Position numbers and translations under genes: made by a program. A stretch of DNA of 63,935 nt, filler included, from an uncultured bacterium (lineage in GTDB: Bacteria > Hinthialibacterota > Hinthialibacteria > Hinthialibacterales > Hinthialibacteraceae): the NCBI GenBank assembly GCA_964449065.1. It is 3 parts of 3 records of this genome, joined end to end, with 100 filler letters (N's around TTAATTAATTAA, not from the genome) between each part and the next. Parts side by side here need not be neighbours in the genome. Positions count along the whole stretch, not along the records: positions 44,688 to 63,935 come from CAYVAZ010000059.1; 2 more parts are not named here. One strand, given 5' to 3'. Below, piece by piece: positions 58,459 through 63,935 of this stretch. The notes under the pieces were generated by a model. The model was not told where the DNA came from and searched no databases. It saw only the letters and a program-made list of their open reading frames with translations. Position 1 is the stretch's first letter. Every line of letters starts with the position of its first letter.

Positions 58459-59685
58459 ATGACTGATTACACCTTAGAAACATTGACCGATGGTACCGTC
58501 ACCACCCCGCAAGGGTTTACGGCTTCGGGTGTGGCCTGCGGCATCAAAAAAGGCAGCGCGCTCGATTTGGGATTGTTGTATTGCGTAACCCGCTGCCCGG
58601 TTGCCGGGGTGTTCACCACCAACGTGCTCAAAGGGGCATCTCTGTTGGTGACGCAGGAATACATCCAAGACGGGTTTGCCCAGGCGGTGTTGGTCAACAG
58701 CGGCAACGCCAACGCGTGCACCGGCGAGCGGGGGATACAAGACGCCCGTGAGATGGCCGCACACACCGCGCAACTGCTCAACATCAATCCGCAAGATGTG
58801 CTGCCCAGTTCCACCGGTGTTATTGGTGAGTTTTTGCCCATGAACTGGGTGAAAGAAGGCATCGATCTATGCACCCAGCGTTTGGACGGAAATGGCGGCA
58901 TCGATATGGCGCAAGCCATCCGCACCACCGACACGGTTTCTAAATTTTCAGCCCGCAAGGTGATTACGGATGAAGGAAAATTCACCCTCGGCGGCATTGC
59001 CAAAGGCGCGGGAATGATTCACCCCAACATGGCCACCATGCTGGCCTACATTACCACCGACGCGAAAGTGGATGGCTTAACGCTTAAACAAGCGCTTACG
59101 GAAGCGGTCAACCAAAGCTTTAACCGCTTTACCATCGACGGCGATACTAGCTGCGACGACACCGTATTGCTCATGGCAAACGGCGCATCGGGAACACCGG
59201 ACATCACTTCATCCCCAGCAATGCAAGAGGGATTTCAACAGGCGCTCAACGATCTCTGCAAAGATTTGACCTACCAAATGGCCAATGATGGTGAGGGCGT
59301 AACCAAAGTCGCGACCATTCATGTCAAAAACGCTCCAACAAAAAACACCGCGACCGTTACCGCGAAGGCCATCGCGGTGTCTCCATTGGTGAAGACGGCC
59401 TTGTATGGCGAAGACCCCAACTGGGGGCGAATCATCAACGCCGCCGGCTACAGCGGGGCTGCGTTTGACCCCATGAAATCGTCATTATGGATTGGGGAAA
59501 TCATGGTCATGCGGAACGGCATGAGGGCGAAGTATGAGGAAGAAGCCGCCCATAATGTGATGAAGAACGATCGCATCCAAATCACGCTGGATTTAGCGCA
59601 AGGGTCGGAGTCTGACTTCTACATCACCACCGATTTCACCAATGTATACATCGATATCAATGCCGATTACCGCAACCGGACATGA
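58459..59685 (+). CDS. argJ: ornithine acetyltransferase / N-acetylglutamate synthase
   Basis: NSGNANACTG, STGVIG, AIRTTDT, KGAGMIHPNMATML, DGEG.TK, DPNWGRI. Confidence 0.96.
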   Translation: MTDYTLETLTDGTVTTPQGFTASGVACGIKKGSALDLGLLYCVTRCPVAGVFTTNVLKGASLLVTQEYIQDGFAQAVLVNSGNANACTGERGIQDAREMAAHTAQLLNINPQDVLPSSTGVIGEFLPMNWVKEGIDLCTQRLDGNGGIDMAQAIRTTDTVSKFSARKVITDEGKFTLGGIAKGAGMIHPNMATMLAYITTDAKVDGLTLKQALTEAVNQSFNRFTIDGDTSCDDTVLLMANGASGTPDITSSPAMQEGFQQALNDLCKDLTYQMANDGEGVTKVATIHVKNAPTKNTATVTAKAIAVSPLVKTALYGEDPNWGRIINAAGYSGAAFDPMKSSLWIGEIMVMRNGMRAKYEEEAAHNVMKNDRIQITLDLAQGSESDFYITTDFTNVYIDINADYRNRT

Positions 59686-59693
59686 TTCAAAAA

Positions 59694-60055
59694 TAGAGAT
59701 TAGGGATTAGGGATTAGAGATTAGAGCAATTCAAAGTTGGATAGACAGGAAATTGGAATTGCACTTGCCGTAAGGGCACATTGCAATGTGCCCCTACACA
59801 ACGTCTACACAAACCTGAAATGTGCTAGTACTCTATCAACAATGAAATGATGGTAGGTGCATACCCCCCTTGTTAAGGGGGGCAGGGGGGATCGAAGCAC
59901 GCTTCCAACGACGCAAAATCCCCCGGAGCCTGCGGCTCCACCCCCTTATGCAAGGGGGTTGTGGCACTGCGCTTCGCTTGTGAATAACTGATCCCATTCA
60001 TTTCATGTGGATGGCTAAGTTATCACCCATCATGTAAGCCTTGATGAACTACTTG
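59694..60055. repeat. composite repeat cluster
   Basis: (TTAGRGA)n heptamers 59694-59726; TAGAGC MITE 59722-59827 carrying a GTAG-type REP; abutting CTAG..TCAAC element 59825 to about 60055 carrying two CCCCC/GGGGG palindromes. Confidence 0.8.
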
Positions 60056-60186
60056 CAACATCATTCGCCAAACTACCGCTCTATTTCGTATAATGGCTGA
60101 CACCGCTTGAATTGTTGCCCTACAATTTAATTCTTGCCGCAATCAACTAGAATGGTGATATCAATATATTAAAAGGGAGCATCACT

Positions 60187-61260
60187 GTGGCGACTTCCAT
60201 CACCGAAACGGATGTACTGAACGTATTGCGTACCGTTGAAGACCCTGACCTGCACCGCGATTTGGTCACGCTCAATATGATTAAAGACGTCAAAATCGTC
60301 GGAAACGATGTATCGATCAAAGTCGAATTGACGACACCGGCCTGCCCGATGAAAGAAAAAATCAAAAACGATTGCGAGCAGGCTCTTCAACAAATCGGCG
60401 GCATCGGCTCGATTCAGGTGAATCTATCCGCCAACGTATCCGGGCAAAGCGGTAAGCAGGAAAAGCAGGGCGTTCCCGGCGTGAAGAACATTATCGCGGT
60501 TTCCAGCGGCAAAGGCGGCGTCGGCAAATCCACCGTTTCCACCAACCTTGCGGTATGTCTGTCCAAAGAAGGGGCGAAAGTCGGTTTGATGGACGCGGAC
60601 GCGTACGGCCCGAATATCCCGCAAATGATCGGCGTTAACGAGCCGCCTACCACCGTGGGTGAACGCATCGTTCCACCGGAAGCGCAGGGCATTAAAGTAA
60701 TATCCGTAGCCATGATGACCGATCCGGATCAACCGGTAATCTGGCGCGGACCGATGATTCACAGTTTGATCGCGCAGTTTTTAGGGAACGTCGATTGGGG
60801 TGAATTGGATTACCTCATCGTGGATATGCCCCCGGGAACGGGTGACGCGCAGCTCAGTCTTACGCAGCATGTGGCATTAACCGGGGCAGTGTTGGTCACC
60901 ACGCCGCAGCAGGTGGCCAATTCGGATGTGCGCCGCGCGATCATGATGTTCCGCCGGGTAGAGGTCCCCATTTTGGGACTGGTCGAAAACATGGCCTACT
61001 TCTTATGCCCGGATAACAACAAAAAGTATAATATTTTCGGCTCCGGCGGCGGCGAACGCTTGGCGCTGGATTTTGAAATCCCGTTTTTGGGCCGGGTTCC
61101 GATTGACCCGCGTATTGTGGTCGGCGGGGATACGGGCAACCCGATTGTGCTGACCTCGCCCGACACCGACGCGGCGCAATGTTTCTTGGAAGTCTCTCAG
61201 GCCGTTGCCCAACAAGTCAGTATCGCGAATGCCCAAGCAACCGAATTGCCGGTTTTGTGA
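60187..61260 (+). CDS. apbC: Mrp/NBP35 Fe-S cluster carrier ATPase
   Basis: LTTPACP, SGKGGVGKST, WRGPM, DMPPGTGDAQL, VTTPQ, VENM. Confidence 0.95.
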   Translation: MATSITETDVLNVLRTVEDPDLHRDLVTLNMIKDVKIVGNDVSIKVELTTPACPMKEKIKNDCEQALQQIGGIGSIQVNLSANVSGQSGKQEKQGVPGVKNIIAVSSGKGGVGKSTVSTNLAVCLSKEGAKVGLMDADAYGPNIPQMIGVNEPPTTVGERIVPPEAQGIKVISVAMMTDPDQPVIWRGPMIHSLIAQFLGNVDWGELDYLIVDMPPGTGDAQLSLTQHVALTGAVLVTTPQQVANSDVRRAIMMFRRVEVPILGLVENMAYFLCPDNNKKYNIFGSGGGERLALDFEIPFLGRVPIDPRIVVGGDTGNPIVLTSPDTDAAQCFLEVSQAVAQQVSIANAQATELPVL

Positions 61261-61270
61261 GGATGAAAAA

Positions 61271-61681
61271 ATGCCGATGGAAATTACCCGCCGCGCCTGC
61301 TTTTGCGCGGCACACCGTTTGGTCAGCCCTGTGCTTTCAGAAGAAGAAAACCGCCAAGCCTACGGAAACTGCAATTACGAATACGGCCACGGCCACAATT
61401 ATGTGATGGAAGTTTCAATCGAAGGGATGCCCGACCCGAAAACGGGGATGATCATGAACCTGGCGCAACTGGATGACATCATTAAACGCGAAATCATCGA
61501 TCATGTGGATCATCACCACATGAATTTCGATGTGCCTTTTATGAAAGATATCATCCCCACGATTGAAAACATGGTTATCGTCTTTTGGAACGTGCTGGAA
61601 CCGAAAATCACCAACGGAAAGTTAAAGCGAATCAAACTGGGTGAGACAGAGAACAATTTTGTGAGTTACACAGGACCGTAA
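61271..61681 (+). CDS. queD: 6-carboxytetrahydropterin synthase
   Basis: F.AAHRL, YGNC....GHGHNY, DH...N, PT.EN, ET..N. Confidence 0.88.
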   Translation: MPMEITRRACFCAAHRLVSPVLSEEENRQAYGNCNYEYGHGHNYVMEVSIEGMPDPKTGMIMNLAQLDDIIKREIIDHVDHHHMNFDVPFMKDIIPTIENMVIVFWNVLEPKITNGKLKRIKLGETENNFVSYTGP

Positions 61682-61725
61682 CAAAAGATTATTTACCACA
61701 GAGCCACAGAGATCACAGAGTTTTT

Positions 61726-61820
61726 TAGGGCGTTTCAGAGTTGAATAGCCGGGTAGCATCGGCTTCCAGCCGGTACCTGTATATACACTTTGTACCTCTA
61801 CGCAAACCTGAATTGCTCTA
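61726..61820. mobile_element. TAGAGC-family MITE with GTAGCATCGGCTTCCAGCCGG REP cargo
   Basis: TAGGGCGTTTCAGAGTTG...CAAACCTGAATTGCTCTA. Confidence 0.82.
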
Positions 61821-61946
61821 TGAAACTGGCCGGATTATGTGGATGAACTAAACGAACGCGCTCAACAGTGGGCAAAGGTTCAAGTTTGAAGATGTGTTCG
61901 CATTGTCAGAATCCCAAATCCCTCGAGAATGAAAGTGCAATAAACG

Positions 61947-62243
61947 TTGAAGGAGAAACTCAAGGTGGAAAAACTATCCGATATGCAAATACAAGAACAA
62001 CTCGCCGGCCTAACAGGCTGGACGTTAGAGAATGGCAAATTGCACCGGAAACTGAAGTTCGATGATTTTGTCGATGCCTTTGGGTTTATGAGCAAGGTCG
62101 CCATCCACGCGGAAAAACTCAACCATCATCCCGAATGGTTTAACGTATATAACACCGTCAAGATTGATCTGGCCACACACGATGTCGGCGGCATCAGCGA
62201 TTTGGATTTTCAATTGGCGAAAATCATCAACGATTTGTCGTAA
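61947..62243 (+). CDS. phhB: pterin-4a-carbinolamine dehydratase
   Basis: [32 protein letters not shown]; start uncertain. Confidence 0.93.
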   Translation: MKEKLKVEKLSDMQIQEQLAGLTGWTLENGKLHRKLKFDDFVDAFGFMSKVAIHAEKLNHHPEWFNVYNTVKIDLATHDVGGISDLDFQLAKIINDLS

Positions 62244-62244
62244 A

Positions 62245-63540
62245 CTATCCGTTTACCCGCAGCGCAATCAGCGTAATATCATCGTGAATTTCCGCGCTGC
62301 CGCGGTATGCTTCTAATTTCGATAATATTTGGTTCCCCATCGCTTCCGCCGAAGTGTGGTCGGAAGTCATAATCGCGTTTTCTAACCCGGTAAACGAAAA
62401 TAACTCACCGTTTTCATTAAACAATTCCGTAATGCCATCGGTGTAGATTAACAGAAGATCCCCTGCTTGAAATTGAATGCTTTTGATATCGAATGTGTTC
62501 TCTTCTATGAGTCGAAGCGGGAACCCTTTTTGGTTTTTAAGTTCCCGTATGGTTTGAGAGGCATACTCAAACAACATGGGCGGTTCATGTCCGGCAGAAA
62601 CGTAATCCATTTTCGCCGTTGCCGGATCAATCATCCCTAAAAACAACGTGACGAAGTATTGCGATTCAATATGCTTGCGAATCTGGCGGTTGGCTTCCTG
62701 CAAAATGGCGTTGGGGTCCGTCATGGTTTCAAGCAGGTTGTGCAGGATGACTTTGATCATCGCGGCAATAACCGCGGCAGGGGCGCCGTGGCCGGTGACA
62801 TCCGCCATCAACACCGCCCACTTGCCGTTGGGCAAGGGAATGAAATCATAAAAATCGCCCCCGGCGCGGGTGGCGGGTTTGTAATAGGTGAACCATTCCA
62901 TTTTGGGGATATTCGGGTGTTCAGTGGGCAGTAAATCTTTCTGCACTCTCCCGACAGAAGACAGTTCCTCATCCAGCGCTTTGGTGATGCGCAGGTTTTC
63001 TTGATACAACTCCACCTTATGAATCGCCAGGGTTGCCTGGCGGGTAAAGTTGCCAATAAGCTCGGCGTCGGATTGCTGAAACTCTTCTCCTTCAAGCCGT
63101 TCAATGACCAACACACCCAGCAACTGATGAGGGCTTTGCACCGTTATCGCAATGGATTCTTTTGGAATTTGACCGTCGTTAGCTTCTTTATAAGTGGAGT
63201 GAAAGGCTTCCGGCAGCCATGAAATTTGGAGTTCATTTTTAAATAGAATATGGGTGTGGGTTTGCACTACTTCAGCAAGCCGGGACATTTCTCCGGAAAA
63301 AGATATCTCGCTTAGCATAGCGGGAAAAGCATAGCCATGGCTGTATTGAATTTCAAACGTGTGCGTTTTGCCGTCATACGCGATAAAGCAGCCGGCCGCC
63401 GCTTGCGGAATCAGCTGCACGCTGCGCATCACCAGCGATTGCAACAGCTCCGGCAAAGAGGTTTCGCGGTGTAACGCCGTCGAAAACGCATGAAACAGCG
63501 TTAACAATTGGGGGGAAGGTACGCTTCCGGTTGCCTGCAT
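62245..63540 (-). CDS. GAF + SpoIIE (PP2C) serine phosphatase, RsbU-like
   Basis: GGDFYD, ADVTGHG.PAA, SAGHEPP, YTDGITE, DDIT. Confidence 0.92.
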   Translation of the reverse strand: MQATGSVPSPQLLTLFHAFSTALHRETSLPELLQSLVMRSVQLIPQAAAGCFIAYDGKTHTFEIQYSHGYAFPAMLSEISFSGEMSRLAEVVQTHTHILFKNELQISWLPEAFHSTYKEANDGQIPKESIAITVQSPHQLLGVLVIERLEGEEFQQSDAELIGNFTRQATLAIHKVELYQENLRITKALDEELSSVGRVQKDLLPTEHPNIPKMEWFTYYKPATRAGGDFYDFIPLPNGKWAVLMADVTGHGAPAAVIAAMIKVILHNLLETMTDPNAILQEANRQIRKHIESQYFVTLFLGMIDPATAKMDYVSAGHEPPMLFEYASQTIRELKNQKGFPLRLIEENTFDIKSIQFQAGDLLLIYTDGITELFNENGELFSFTGLENAIMTSDHTSAEAMGNQILSKLEAYRGSAEIHDDITLIALRVNG

Positions 63541-63935
63541 GTTCACTTCTCAACACACTTCTCATTTCAAACACAGGTACTATATCACATTCAAAACTAC
63601 GTCTATAGCACTTCGGTAATACTTTTCATTTCTATTATCCTAAAAACAGTGGTTAGAGATTAGAGATAATACCGGTTGCCAAAATACCTTCTGATTTACT
63701 CGTAACTGAACGTCTGTCCCGGCGGGAGCATTGCCCTCCAAAACGAACATACTTTTGGACAACAAAACAAATAAAATCAAAGAGTTTTTTCCAATCCCGG
63801 TAATCAAATAGAGGGCATTAGGATTCTAAAAACTTATTATTTTATGATCTGATGTTACACAATCCATGATTGACGATTGCTTGAAAAATGGTTTTTGTTG
63901 TGAGCAAACTATTCTAAGTCAAACGCAGTGTCTAT

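Overview
63.9 kb of a draft bacterial genome, roughly 45-50% GC by eye. It comprises three contigs joined by artificial N/TTAATTAATTAA linkers at 22275-22374 and 44588-44687. Housekeeping genes include queC, queE, queD, gatC, mqnC, argJ, rsfS, mrp/apbC, nikR, tRNA-Ser(GCT), tRNA-Ser(TGA) and tRNA-His(GTG). They are mixed with PVC/planctomycete-type secreted proteins (DUF1552/DUF1592, PQQ-like propeller, Tat Gfo/Idh/MocA) and Firmicute-type genes (asp23/amaP, yvyF-like); an uncultured candidate-phylum heterotroph is my inference. No CRISPR array, prophage, integrase or intact transposase is visible. The most unusual signals are: (1) a set of transposase-less miniature elements with at least six different IS-like end types, carrying interchangeable REP-like palindromes, one demonstrably inserted in a gene with an 8-bp target duplication; (2) a cluster of decayed toxin-antitoxin modules, several broken by these elements, where higA and an addiction-module antitoxin stay intact; (3) two unrelated secreted proteins sharing a terminal [ST]-[SN]-[VI]-x-x-W-x-[LV]-Y-like motif, a candidate protein-sorting signal; (4) a Hel308/Ski2-like helicase fused to an OmpR-type winged helix, behind a GAAC-N4-GTTC (LexA-like) box; (5) a 144-nt multi-stem, GGA-rich candidate ncRNA. 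All family calls come from motif recognition by eye; no searches were run.
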